Origin: Candidatus Gottesmanbacteria bacterium
GTDB taxonomy: Bacteria; Patescibacteriota; Microgenomatia; UBA10105; UBA927
Direction: 5' to 3'
Assembly: GCA_016218255.1 (NCBI GenBank)
Contig: JACREN010000037.1
Location: 1,514-65,513 of the forward strand
Length of the DNA stretch: 64,000 nucleotides
Shown here piece after piece: positions 48,292 through 58,233 of the stretch. Position 1 is the stretch's first letter, and each line of letters begins with the position of its first letter. The notes under the pieces were generated by a model. It saw only the letters and a program-made list of their open reading frames with translations, ran no database searches and had not been told where the DNA came from. The position numbers and the translations under genes were made by a program.

Positions 48292-49385
48292 AATTATTTC
48301 GGATGAAGCAAATAAGGCATGCGGACTGGTGGTTGATTGTAGGCGTGGTGCTTATGGCGGCGTTCGGATTGGTTATGGTTTATGATTCTTCAGTCGCCAT
48401 TGCCCTGCGAGATTTTTCCAATCAGTATTATTTTGTGCGGGAACAGGCAAAATGGTTGGCGATTGGCGGCATGGCGTGTTTTATATTTTCGGTGGTAGAT
48501 TATCATGTTTGGCAGAAATTAGCCTTGCCTTTGCTTCTTGTTACCATAGGGCTATTACTTATTGTATTCGTCCCTGGTGTTGGTATCCATGCATTGGGAG
48601 CCCGAAGATGGATAAACATGGGTTTTTTTGTATTACAGCCTGCCGAACTTGCTAAATTGGTATTGGTTATGTATTTATCAGCCTGGTTCAGTCAGCCTGA
48701 AAAAAAACGGTTTGGCGCATTTTTACTTCTTGTTTCTGTTGTGGCGGGATTGGTTCTTGTAGAGCCGGATTTGGGAACAAGTGTCATCATTTTGGGCATA
48801 GCGCTTGCACTTTATTTTTTTTCGGGAGCCCCTGCGTATCAATTTCTATTATTGTTTCCGGTAACACTGGTTATGCTCGTTAGTTTAGCGGTGGCTTCTC
48901 CCTATAGATTTCGGCGGTTGACTACTTTTTTAAACCCTGATATTGATCCTCAGGGAGCTTCGTATCAGATTCGTCAAATATTAATTGGACTTGGAAGCGG
49001 AGGATTGTTTGGCGTTGGACTAGGAAGATCGAGACAGAAATATGAATACCTGCCGGAGGCAAATACTGATTCAATATTTGCTATTATTGGCGAAGAAATC
49101 GGATTTGTCGGTGCTCTCGTTGTAATTGTTATGTTTCTATTCATTGTTTGGCGTGGATTTCGTATTGCCAAGCTCGCACCTGATGTCTTTGGTCGCATGT
49201 TGGCTTTGGGTATATCTTCCTGGATAGCAATACAGTCAGGGATAAATTTGTCTTCTGCCGTTGCTCTCATACCTTTTACTGGTGTACCGTTACCTTTGAT
49301 ATCATATGGCGGTTCTAGTTTGATTATATTGCTTTCCGCACTGGGGATTCTATTAAATATCAGTCGGCAGAGGCAGCGGGTATGA
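48288..49385 (+). CDS. ftsW: SEDS-family peptidoglycan glycosyltransferase FtsW
   Basis: 10 transmembrane helices. Matches the FtsW/RodA family. It sits in the murD-ftsW-murG position. Confidence 0.85.
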   Translation: MKLFRMKQIRHADWWLIVGVVLMAAFGLVMVYDSSVAIALRDFSNQYYFVREQAKWLAIGGMACFIFSVVDYHVWQKLALPLLLVTIGLLLIVFVPGVGIHALGARRWINMGFFVLQPAELAKLVLVMYLSAWFSQPEKKRFGAFLLLVSVVAGLVLVEPDLGTSVIILGIALALYFFSGAPAYQFLLLFPVTLVMLVSLAVASPYRFRRLTTFLNPDIDPQGASYQIRQILIGLGSGGLFGVGLGRSRQKYEYLPEANTDSIFAIIGEEIGFVGALVVIVMFLFIVWRGFRIAKLAPDVFGRMLALGISSWIAIQSGINLSSAVALIPFTGVPLPLISYGGSSLIILLSALGILLNISRQRQRV

Positions 49386-50491
49386 AACAATATAGGAAAA
49401 TATGTATTACCGGAGGGCACCCGACACCCGCTATTGCTGTGGCTGAAACCCTAAAGAGCTTGCATCCTGATTGGAAAATTGTATGGATTGGTCGGAATAT
49501 CGCGCTCGATGATTCATCGATACCGGCTGAAGAAGAGTCGCTTGTGCGTCAACAGAATATCCGTTTTTTGGGTATACGCGCAGGTAGATCGTCTCATCCT
49601 CTCCAGATATTTTTGGGATTTTTTCAGGCTTTTGGACATTGTTTGAGAGAGAAGCCTGACTGTATTGTCTCGTTTGGCGGATATGTGGCTCTGCCGGTAG
49701 CAGCTGCAGGGTGGCTATTACAAATTCCAATAATCACTCACGAACAGACTCATGGTGCAGGTTTGACAAATCGGATAATCGCTGGTATGGCAAGACGCAT
49801 ATGTGTTTCTTTTCGGGAGAGCATGAGGTATTTCCCGGTGAAAAAAACCATTCTGACAGGATTACCGCTTCGAAGAAAACTCTTTCAGCCGGTGAAAAAA
49901 TCGCAGTTGAACCTTGATGGGCATATGCCGATGTTATATATAACCGGAGGAAGCACCGGTGCTGTATCATTAAATAAAATTTTGTTTCCCCTGATATTTG
50001 CATTGGTTGATCATTGGTGCATCGTTCATCAAACGGGTCGGGTATCGTATGAAGATGCAATTCGAGTAAAGGAATCCCTCGGAGCAGAGAAGAAAGGTCG
50101 CTATATTGTACAGAAATTTATCGCTCTTGATGAATTAGCGTGGCTTTATGCGCATGCACGTATTGTGATTGCTCGAGCTGGAGCAAATACCGTTGGGGAA
50201 CTTGCGGCTCTTGGGAAAGTAAGTGTGCTTCTGCCGCTCCCTTGGTCTTCAGATCAGGAGCAACAAGCAAATGCGCGATGGCTTGAATCGTCCGGATCAG
50301 CCGTCGTTCTATCTCAGCAAACGACCACTCCCGCATTACTTGCAAAAGCGCTTCATTTGGTTGATGTTAATTTTGAAATCTATAAGCGTCATGCGGATCA
50401 GATGAGGGCGCTTATGACTCATGACGCGAGTGTTTTGGTAGCGGCAGAGATTGCGCTAATACTTGAGCATGTACGAAAAAGTCCTCATTAG
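49382..50491 (+). CDS. murG: undecaprenyldiphospho-muramoylpentapeptide beta-N-acetylglucosaminyltransferase
   Basis: ITGGHPTPAIAVAE and GT28 C-terminal domain motifs. Confidence 0.85.
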   Translation: MKQYRKICITGGHPTPAIAVAETLKSLHPDWKIVWIGRNIALDDSSIPAEEESLVRQQNIRFLGIRAGRSSHPLQIFLGFFQAFGHCLREKPDCIVSFGGYVALPVAAAGWLLQIPIITHEQTHGAGLTNRIIAGMARRICVSFRESMRYFPVKKTILTGLPLRRKLFQPVKKSQLNLDGHMPMLYITGGSTGAVSLNKILFPLIFALVDHWCIVHQTGRVSYEDAIRVKESLGAEKKGRYIVQKFIALDELAWLYAHARIVIARAGANTVGELAALGKVSVLLPLPWSSDQEQQANARWLESSGSAVVLSQQTTTPALLAKALHLVDVNFEIYKRHADQMRALMTHDASVLVAAEIALILEHVRKSPH

Positions 50492-51164
50492 AAAATTCGG
50501 CCGCATAGGGATGTGGTGCACTTGTATGCTCATCGGCTCTTTGGCCGTTGTTTACATTGTGAACAGCATCTTCGACATCCGTACGATCGAAGTAATTAGC
50601 GGAAATGTCCTTCTGTCTATAAATGAAAAAGAGTTGCCCAGGAACCTATTGTTTTTTCCTTCGGAAAAACTCCGTATTCAATTGTTGCAGGAGAACCCGC
50701 TATTACATGATATTCAGATCCGGAAAAAATTTCCCCATACTTTAACCATCGAACCAATTCAGCGCATGGGTGCGGTTAGATTGGTACGGGGCGAACAGAC
50801 GGTCGTTCTGGATTGGCAGGGTGTTGTGATACCAGATACTGATGAGGCGGTTGCGCTCCCGAAAATTATTCAAAGCGGCGAGCCAGCACACATTGGCCAG
50901 AAGATAACGGATTATATAGTGCGTCAGAGTTTATTGTTTATTCAGCATCTGGACGCCCGATGGAGTGTGGATTTCGTTGAAATGAGAGATGAGGAGTCTT
51001 TCATTGTCCGAATCGGAAAAATAGACAGTGTAATTAGTCAAGACGCTGATATGAAGGTTATCGCGGCTACTTTACAAACGCTGCTCGAGGGGTTTAGAAT
51101 AAAAGGAACACTGCCCTCGGTTGTTGATCTTCGTTTCGACAAGCCGATTGTCACCTTTAACTGA
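50463..51164 (+). CDS. ftsQ: cell division protein FtsQ/DivIB-like
   Basis: One transmembrane helix plus a POTRA-like region. It occupies the conserved position before ftsA. Confidence 0.6.
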   Translation: MSMYEKVLIRKFGRIGMWCTCMLIGSLAVVYIVNSIFDIRTIEVISGNVLLSINEKELPRNLLFFPSEKLRIQLLQENPLLHDIQIRKKFPHTLTIEPIQRMGAVRLVRGEQTVVLDWQGVVIPDTDEAVALPKIIQSGEPAHIGQKITDYIVRQSLLFIQHLDARWSVDFVEMRDEESFIVRIGKIDSVISQDADMKVIAATLQTLLEGFRIKGTLPSVVDLRFDKPIVTFN

Positions 51165-51165
51165 T

Positions 51166-52473
51166 ATGGCGCGCGACACCACAGTGTCCGGCATTGATGT
51201 CGGAACATCAAAAATTACCACATTGGTTGCCACAATTGGCGAAGAAGACGATGTACGGGTTATCGGCGTCGCTACGGTTGCGAGTAAAGGGCTCCGAAAA
51301 GGGCAGGTCGTCAATATAGAGGAAGCGACGCAGGCGATCTCTCAATCTCTGGAGTCAGCGGAGCGAATGGCTGGTGCATCAGTGGGCCGGGCGTTTGTTT
51401 CCGTGGGTGGTAGCCATATAGCCTCGCTAAACTCCCATGGTGTTGTTGCGGTGGCTGAGCCAGAGAAAGAAATTTCGGATAATGATGTAAAACGTGTTAT
51501 CGAAGCGGCAAAAGCAATTTCTCTTCCTTCATCCCGCGAAATACTTCATGTGCTTCCACGTGGGTATATTGTCGATAGTCAGGAAGGAATAATTGATCCG
51601 GTTGGTATGACAGGGGTACGTTTGGAAGTTGATACACATTTGGTAACCGGAGGTGCTACTGCAATTCGAAATTTGAGAAAATGTGTCGAGGAACTGGGTG
51701 TCGAGGTGGGGGGTATGGTTTTTGGGGGCCTTGCGTCTGCTGCTGCGACTCTATCGGATACAGAAAAAGAACTGGGAGTGGTCCTTATCGATATCGGAGG
51801 AGGTACAACCGATGTCGCAATTTTCATTGAAGGTGCGCTTTCCTATTCATCGGTAATTCCCATCGGCGCTATAAATATTACAAAAGATCTCGCGGCAGGG
51901 CTTCGGGTATCTCTTGAGAGTGCGGAAAAGATTAAATTGATGCTTGGTCAGTCTCCAAAAATGCCAGCAGTCGCTGACGATGACGAGGGGGCAACACGAA
52001 GTGCGGCAAAAGGTGATAAACAGGATGAAATGGATGTTTCTGATATGGGCTTACCTGAAGAACTCCGTACGGTTTCTAAAAAAACACTTATTGAGGGCAT
52101 TATTAAGCCAAGACTAAATGAGATTTTTACCATGGTTGGTTTGGAAATTAAGAGGAGCGGTTTTGGCGGCATGACGCCATCCGGTGTCGTAATTACCGGT
52201 GGAGGCGCTTTGACGGTAGGTGCAGTGGAATCGGCACGTCGTTGTCTTGCTATGTCTGTGCATATAGGTACTCCCAGAAAAATATCCGGTCTTATCGATG
52301 AAATTACGACTTCTCCGTTCGCTGCAAGTTGCGGTTTATTGCTGCACGGTAGAAAATTGGAGAAAGCGGAACAGAGTTCATTTTTGGGAGGAATTGGAAG
52401 ATTTGGAGATAGAGTGCAAATTAAAGGTATTGCAGGAAAGATGATTGATCTGGTAAAGTCGTTCTTGCCCTAA
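51166..52473 (+). CDS. ftsA: cell division protein FtsA
   Basis: Actin-like ATPase motifs (GIDVGTSKI…DIGGGTTD). Confidence 0.9.
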   Translation: MARDTTVSGIDVGTSKITTLVATIGEEDDVRVIGVATVASKGLRKGQVVNIEEATQAISQSLESAERMAGASVGRAFVSVGGSHIASLNSHGVVAVAEPEKEISDNDVKRVIEAAKAISLPSSREILHVLPRGYIVDSQEGIIDPVGMTGVRLEVDTHLVTGGATAIRNLRKCVEELGVEVGGMVFGGLASAAATLSDTEKELGVVLIDIGGGTTDVAIFIEGALSYSSVIPIGAINITKDLAAGLRVSLESAEKIKLMLGQSPKMPAVADDDEGATRSAAKGDKQDEMDVSDMGLPEELRTVSKKTLIEGIIKPRLNEIFTMVGLEIKRSGFGGMTPSGVVITGGGALTVGAVESARRCLAMSVHIGTPRKISGLIDEITTSPFAASCGLLLHGRKLEKAEQSSFLGGIGRFGDRVQIKGIAGKMIDLVKSFLP

Positions 52474-52523
52474 AAATTTTTGAAACACGAAGTGTTTGCT
52501 TCGCAAAAGCAAGAAATTTTTAG
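52474..52523 (+). promoter_or_regulatory. structured ftsA-ftsZ spacer (two adjacent hairpins flanked by palindromic AAAAATTTTT blocks)
   Basis: AAACAC-gaa-GTGTTT at 52483-52497. GCTT-cgcaa-AAGC at 52498-52510. AAAAATTTTT at 52472-52481 and AAATTTTT at 52514-52521. Confidence 0.3.
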
Positions 52524-52571
52524 GGTGAACCCATAGTTTTTCTTCGGACTGCCCCCGAATGTTCAAATAGT

Positions 52572-53726
52572 ATGCTTATTAAGCCTGACATTGCCCGGTT
52601 TGCGAAAATTAAAGTCGTTGGCATTGGTGGTGGAGGCGGTAACGCGATTAATTCCATGATCAGTGTTAACCAGATTAGCGGTGTTGATTTTGTCTGTGTG
52701 AATACTGACGCACAGGCTTTGTTGACATGCAGTGCGCCGACTAAAGTTCAGATAGGTGAAAATCTTACCAGGGGGCTTGGCGCAGGAGGAAGTCCAGAGG
52801 TTGGCAGCCAGGCTGCCGAGGAGTCTCGAGAGAAGCTTAAGGAACATCTGCGCGATGCGGATATGGTTTTTCTGACGTGTGGCGAAGGTGGCGGAACCGG
52901 AACTGGCGCAACTCCGGTGATTGCGCAAATCGCAAAAGAATTGGGCGCTCTGACAATTGCTGTGGTAACCAAACCATTTCATTTCGAAGGTACTCGACGG
53001 ATGGTGACAGCGGAGGAGGGTATTGCAAATTTGAAAGACAAAGTGGATACACTGATTGTGATTCCCAATCAAAGACTTCTTGAGGTCATAGATAAAAAAA
53101 TGACGCTTTTGGAAGCGTTTCGGGTGACTGATTCCGTACTTGGTCAAGGTGTGCAAGGGATCGCCGATCTTATCACGATGCCTGGGCTTATAAATGTGGA
53201 TTTTGCCGACGTCCGTACGATCATGACCAATGCGGGGTCGTCGCTCATGGGTATTGGAACCGGTGTTGGTGAAAATCGGGCAGCAACAGCGGCTCGTACA
53301 GCGATTGCATCTCCACTTCTAGAGGTATCTATAGAAGGCGCAAAGGGTGTGCTTTTCAATATTACCGGGGGATCAGATTTGACTATGGCAGAAGTGGATG
53401 CAGCTGCGAAACAGATTGCGGAAGTGGTCGATCCCGACGCGAATATTATTTTTGGTGCAACCATTGACGATCAGATGGTGGATCAGGTGCGCATTACCGT
53501 CATTGCTACCGGGTTTGATGAAACGAAGCGTCGGTTAAAAGAATTGTCTGGTCGACCCGGCTATGGAGCCAATGTTGGAAGCCAGGGTATATTTACGAAG
53601 CCTGTGACGGCATCAAGTCAGCAAACGATTGCTCCGCAATCTAAACCGGTGCTGTCACCTGCAGATGACTTGCCGCCGGAAGAAGATGAATTCGATATCC
53701 CCGCGTTTCTACGACAGAGGAGTTAA
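52572..53726 (+). CDS. ftsZ: cell division GTPase FtsZ
   Basis: GIGGGGGNAIN and GGGTGTG tubulin signature. Confidence 0.95.
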   Translation: MLIKPDIARFAKIKVVGIGGGGGNAINSMISVNQISGVDFVCVNTDAQALLTCSAPTKVQIGENLTRGLGAGGSPEVGSQAAEESREKLKEHLRDADMVFLTCGEGGGTGTGATPVIAQIAKELGALTIAVVTKPFHFEGTRRMVTAEEGIANLKDKVDTLIVIPNQRLLEVIDKKMTLLEAFRVTDSVLGQGVQGIADLITMPGLINVDFADVRTIMTNAGSSLMGIGTGVGENRAATAARTAIASPLLEVSIEGAKGVLFNITGGSDLTMAEVDAAAKQIAEVVDPDANIIFGATIDDQMVDQVRITVIATGFDETKRRLKELSGRPGYGANVGSQGIFTKPVTASSQQTIAPQSKPVLSPADDLPPEEDEFDIPAFLRQRS

Positions 53727-53744
53727 ATGATAGTATAATGGGGT

Positions 53745-55193
53745 ATGCGACTCCCGTTAAAGATTCTTCTCGTTTGGATCATTGTTTTGACCATCCTTTA
53801 TTCCACGCTTTCTATTGTCCGTCACAATCATTTTCAGTCCGGTGGATTTGATTTGGGTATCTATGATCAGGCGGTGTGGCAGTACTCCCGCTTGCAGTGG
53901 CCGTACAATACGATAAAAGCAAGATTTATCCTTGGTGATCATCTCACGCTGACATTACCGCTCTTAGCTCCGCTCTTTTGGCTTTGGGAAGACGTACGGA
54001 TACTTCTTGTGTTTCAGGCGTTTTGGTTAAGCCTGTCTGCTTTTGCTGTGTATAAAATTGTTGAATTGCGGTGGCAACGTTATTCCGTGCAATGGGCGGC
54101 TCTTGCGATAAGTATAATATATAGTGTATTTCCCGGAATTCAATACGCAATATTTTTTGATTTCCACCCCGTCGTTATCGGTGTTGGGCTTTTGTTATGG
54201 ATTGCATATTTTTTGGAGGCTGGAAGGAAAAAATTACTGCGGTGTGCAATTGTATTACTCATATTGACTCAGGAAAACATGGGACTGGCTCTCGCAGGTC
54301 TCGGCGCAATCTATTTTTTTCAGAGAGCCCACCGCAAGGCAGCGACCCTTTTTATCATTGTAGGAATTGTATCGAGTTTGATCGCAGTGAAGATGATCGC
54401 GGCTATGTCCCCAAGCGGTTTTGAGTATCAACCGGTGTTCTCAAACAGTATTGTCGGATTTATCACACAATTATTTGATAACCCTGAAAAGCAGCAATCG
54501 TGGTTCTCATCGTTTGCGTGGTTCTCTTTTCTTCCATTTCTCTCTCCTGGGGCGTTTTTCGCCGTTTTATTGGATCTTTCTCAGTATTTTGCTACCGGTC
54601 CGGTATTTGTGCGTATGTGGAGTCCGTTTGCTCACCATCGGGCCATATTGGCTCCATTTTTAATTTTAGGCTTGTTGGATGCGTTGCATTATCTCATTGG
54701 TGTCCCGTCGAATAGAAAGAAAAGCGGAAAATGGATAGGTATAATCGCTGTGGTTTTATTTTGTTCGGCATTGATGCAACAATACCTATTTCACTATCCA
54801 TTAAACAAGATTGCAAAGGCTGAATATTGGCTGGAAGAACAGTGGATGCGCGATAACAGGGAATTGCTCAGACAGGTTCCGGTGGATGCCACGGCTGCAT
54901 CCCAACAAAGCCTGGTGCCACACCTGAGTCATCGCAAAGAAATGTATCTAATATACCCTGTAGAACATGACTATGATGATAAGCGGTGCGGACAGGCAAA
55001 ATGCTGGTGGCTGGATTTCGCCGGACAACCGGAGTATCTGATCGTGGATCTGCACCCGGGCCAGTGGTTGACACAATTACTTGAAACGAATGAGCATTTT
55101 GGTGAGGCCGTGGCAAATATGGAGAAGACAAAATCTATCACGCTGGTGCGAAATATCGGTAGTGCCCGGCTATACAGAATATTAAAGAAATAG
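53745..55193 (+). CDS. polytopic membrane protein, DUF2079-like (predicted membrane glycosyl-modifying enzyme family; uncertain)
   Basis: At least 10 transmembrane helices. N-terminal loop HNHFQSGGFDLGIYDQ. Confidence 0.5.
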   Translation: MRLPLKILLVWIIVLTILYSTLSIVRHNHFQSGGFDLGIYDQAVWQYSRLQWPYNTIKARFILGDHLTLTLPLLAPLFWLWEDVRILLVFQAFWLSLSAFAVYKIVELRWQRYSVQWAALAISIIYSVFPGIQYAIFFDFHPVVIGVGLLLWIAYFLEAGRKKLLRCAIVLLILTQENMGLALAGLGAIYFFQRAHRKAATLFIIVGIVSSLIAVKMIAAMSPSGFEYQPVFSNSIVGFITQLFDNPEKQQSWFSSFAWFSFLPFLSPGAFFAVLLDLSQYFATGPVFVRMWSPFAHHRAILAPFLILGLLDALHYLIGVPSNRKKSGKWIGIIAVVLFCSALMQQYLFHYPLNKIAKAEYWLEEQWMRDNRELLRQVPVDATAASQQSLVPHLSHRKEMYLIYPVEHDYDDKRCGQAKCWWLDFAGQPEYLIVDLHPGQWLTQLLETNEHFGEAVANMEKTKSITLVRNIGSARLYRILKK

Positions 55194-55219
55194 ACACCAA
55201 GCAATAATTTTGTTATACT
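55191..55219 (+). promoter_or_regulatory. promoter upstream of ileS leader (-35 TAGACA, extended -10 TGtTATACT)
   Basis: TAGACA at 55191-55196. 17-bp spacer. TG at 55211 and TATACT at 55214-55219. Confidence 0.4.
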
Positions 55220-55225
55220 TATAGG

Positions 55226-55404
55226 AGTGATTGATGCTTGCGTTTGATCCCGGCCATCACCGGGAGAGCAGAACGAAGAAACCGAAAGGGAGTAGACCGT
55301 TCCGGGAAAGCCCGTGATAGCATTCAAAAAGAAGCAAAAAAGGTGGTACCACGAACATCCGTTCGTCCTTTATAATAGAAGGAGAGCGGTTTTTTTTTGA
55401 CGAT
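55226..55404 (+). promoter_or_regulatory. putative T-box riboswitch leader (Ile specifier in a terminal loop, T-box sequence GGUGGUACC, SD-sequestering hairpin)
   Basis: Hairpin UCCCGG-CCAUCA-CCGGGA at 55248-55265 presents AUC followed by a purine A. AAAAAAGGTGGTACCACG at 55336-55353 matches the T-box core, with UGGU complementary to a tRNA-Ile ACCA end. Hairpin TCCTT-tataatag-AAGGA at 55366-55383 contains the SD. A T10 run follows. Confidence 0.45.
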
Positions 55405-58233
55405 ATGAACACGCTAAGAGTAAATAATTTTCAGCAGAAACTCGATATTCCGAAAGCGGAACATGAAGTATTGGCCTATTGGGATGAAACGAATGCGTTT
55501 GAAAAATCTGTAGAGCAAAGGCCCGAGGATAAGCGGTACGTGTTTTATGATGGTCCCCCGTTTGCGACTGGGCTTCCTCATTACGGCCATATCCTTGCAT
55601 CGACAATAAAAGACGTTATTCCACGATACTGGACCATGAAGGGATATCGAGTCGAGCGGGTATGGGGATGGGATTGCCACGGAGTACCAATAGAAAACAT
55701 GATTGAGAAAGAGTTGGAGCTGAAAGGCGGAAAAAAAGGTATTGAAGAGCTTGGTATCGACAAATTTAATAGAGCGTGCCGATCGGCTATACTTCGATTT
55801 GATAAAGAGTGGGAAAAGATAATCCGCAGAATCGGCCGTTGGGTGGACTTCAAGAATTCGTACAAAACCATGGACAAAGACTATATGGAGTCTGTCTGGT
55901 GGGCTTTTAAAACGATGTATGAGAAGGGGTTTGTATATCAGGGAAGAAAAGTAATTCTGTATTGTCCTCGCTGTGCAACGCCCCTCTCCAATTTTGAAAT
56001 CGCCATGGACAATAGTTATAAGGACGTAGAAGATAACTCCGTTTTTGTAAAGTTCAAAGTCAAGGAAAAACAGAATGAGTATCTGATAGCCTGGACGACG
56101 ACGCCCTGGACTCTAATCGGTAATGTAGGACTGGCGGTAGACGCAAAAGCAGAATACGTACTGGTCAGAATAGAAAACGCGCATTATTGGATTGCAAAAT
56201 CACGCAAGGATGCAGTGCTTGGTGATATTGGAGTTGTCGAAAAAACTGTGGTCGGGTCGGCATTGGATGGTATTTCATATGAGCCCCTGTATACATATAT
56301 GCCCCTTGATGGAAAAAAAGCGCATTATGTGGCCGTGGCCGATTTTGTGTCTCTCGCTGATGGGACGGGCATCGTGCACACGGCAGCAATTTTTGGAGAA
56401 GACGATTATCGGTTAGCTGTGGAAAAGGATTTGCCGCGGGTGCCTACGCTAGACGAACAAGGAAAGTTTTTGGATTTTATCACTCCTCTAGCCGGCGTGT
56501 ATTATAAAAAATCTGAAACCTGGATTATGGGAGATTTAATAAAGCGGGGCTTCATGTATCGCGCAGAAAAAATTATCCATTCATATCCCTTTTGCTATCG
56601 TTGCGAGACGCCTCTCTATTATAACGCGGTTCCCGCTTGGTTTATTGATGTCCAAAAAATGAAAAGAGATTTATGCCAACAGAATGAGAATATCCATTGG
56701 TATCCGGATCATTTGAAGCATGGTCGATTTGGCAACGGGCTCTCTACTGCGCCGGATTGGAATATTTCGCGGTCGCGTTATTGGGGGACGCCGATGCCGG
56801 TATGGCAGAGTGTTGATGGCAAAACAAAACTTATTGGTTCACTCGCTGAACTAAAACAGTGGGCGGTCGATCCGGAAAAGGTTGATACTCTTACTGATAT
56901 TCACCGGGAGTTTCTTGATGATATAGAGGTGTGGATGGATGACGCAAAAACTATCAAGGGCAGAAGAATTCCTGAAGTTTTTGACTGTTGGGTGGAATCT
57001 GGTAGTATGCCCTACGCCTCGATTCATTACCCGTTCGCCAACAGGGATGTGTTTGAAAAAAGCCATCCGGCGCAATTTATTGCAGAATATATCGCACAAA
57101 CTCGTGCCTGGTTTTATACGTTGCACGTTATGTCCGTTGGACTTTTTGGCAAGTATACGTTTGAAAATGCGGTGACAACCGGTACTATTCTGGCAGAAGA
57201 TGGGACAAAGATGAGCAAATCGAAGAAAAATTATCCTGATCCCGCTTTACTATTTGAGCAATACGGTGTTGATGCATTGAGGTTCTATCTTATGGGTTCG
57301 GTCGTTATGAAAGCAGAGAATTTGAATTTTTCTGAATCTCAGGTTCGGGAAACATATCAAAAATTGATATCCACCGTATGGAATGTCTTTAGTTTTTATA
57401 AGCTCTATGCAGGTAATGCTGTACCAGGAGATGATGTGCCTGAGCCGGCGCACGTGTTGGATCGTTGGATCGTCGGTCAGACAGAATCGCTTATTTTAGA
57501 AGTTACTACCGCCCTGAATGTATATGACACTGCGTCTGCCTGTAGGGTAATTTTGGATTTTGTTACAGAACTTTCTACGTGGTACCTGCGAAGGAGCCGT
57601 GATCGTCTGAAGAATGATGAACTCGCCGTGTCCGTTTTTGGCTGGGTATTGATTCAGTTGGTGAAAGTAATGGCACCCTTGACGCCCTTTATAACCGAGC
57701 GCATTTATCAGAATTTAAAGGGTGATATGTCCGTTCATCTGACTACGTGGCCAGGAGCACGATTAAGCTCCGAAGCAAAAAACTCCACGCTGAATGACAA
57801 TATGCTGCTTGTTCGGCAGATTTGTGAACTTGGTCATGCGGCCAGAAAGGAAAAAGGTATTAAAGTACGGCAGCCGCTCCGTAGCTGTCAGCTGTCTGTT
57901 GTCAGCGGTCAGCTTGATGAAGAATTGCTTGCGCTCGTTAGAGAAGAGCTCAACGTTAAGAGTGTCGTTGTGCAAAAGGGCGATGGGGAGCTTGCCGTAA
58001 CATTGGATACAGATATCACACCTGATCTCGTTGCAGAGGGACAGGCTAGAGAACTCATACGGCAAATTCAAATGCTTCGGCGTGAGAAAGGGTGTAAAAT
58101 AGATGAGCGCATTAGTGTTCAGCTTCCCAATATATATGAAGGGTTACCTAAAGAACTGGCATCTATTATTCAAAAAGAGACACTGGCTGATGCTTTGACA
58201 TGGGGAGAGACGCTTTCCATTTTGACTGGTTAA
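55405..58233 (+). CDS. ileS: isoleucine--tRNA ligase
   Basis: HYGH (PHYGHIL) and KMSKS motifs. Editing (CP1) and anticodon-binding domains. 942 aa. Confidence 0.95.
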   Translation: MNTLRVNNFQQKLDIPKAEHEVLAYWDETNAFEKSVEQRPEDKRYVFYDGPPFATGLPHYGHILASTIKDVIPRYWTMKGYRVERVWGWDCHGVPIENMIEKELELKGGKKGIEELGIDKFNRACRSAILRFDKEWEKIIRRIGRWVDFKNSYKTMDKDYMESVWWAFKTMYEKGFVYQGRKVILYCPRCATPLSNFEIAMDNSYKDVEDNSVFVKFKVKEKQNEYLIAWTTTPWTLIGNVGLAVDAKAEYVLVRIENAHYWIAKSRKDAVLGDIGVVEKTVVGSALDGISYEPLYTYMPLDGKKAHYVAVADFVSLADGTGIVHTAAIFGEDDYRLAVEKDLPRVPTLDEQGKFLDFITPLAGVYYKKSETWIMGDLIKRGFMYRAEKIIHSYPFCYRCETPLYYNAVPAWFIDVQKMKRDLCQQNENIHWYPDHLKHGRFGNGLSTAPDWNISRSRYWGTPMPVWQSVDGKTKLIGSLAELKQWAVDPEKVDTLTDIHREFLDDIEVWMDDAKTIKGRRIPEVFDCWVESGSMPYASIHYPFANRDVFEKSHPAQFIAEYIAQTRAWFYTLHVMSVGLFGKYTFENAVTTGTILAEDGTKMSKSKKNYPDPALLFEQYGVDALRFYLMGSVVMKAENLNFSESQVRETYQKLISTVWNVFSFYKLYAGNAVPGDDVPEPAHVLDRWIVGQTESLILEVTTALNVYDTASACRVILDFVTELSTWYLRRSRDRLKNDELAVSVFGWVLIQLVKVMAPLTPFITERIYQNLKGDMSVHLTTWPGARLSSEAKNSTLNDNMLLVRQICELGHAARKEKGIKVRQPLRSCQLSVVSGQLDEELLALVREELNVKSVVVQKGDGELAVTLDTDITPDLVAEGQARELIRQIQMLRREKGCKIDERISVQLPNIYEGLPKELASIIQKETLADALTWGETLSILTG

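Noticed and set aside
55366-55398. Possible classical intrinsic terminator at the end of the ileS leader (hairpin plus T10)
   Set aside because: The only hairpin next to the T-tract is an AT-rich 5-bp stem separated from it by 6 nt. It fits an SD-sequestering helix better than a GC-rich terminator. It is retained only as part of the T-box hypothesis.
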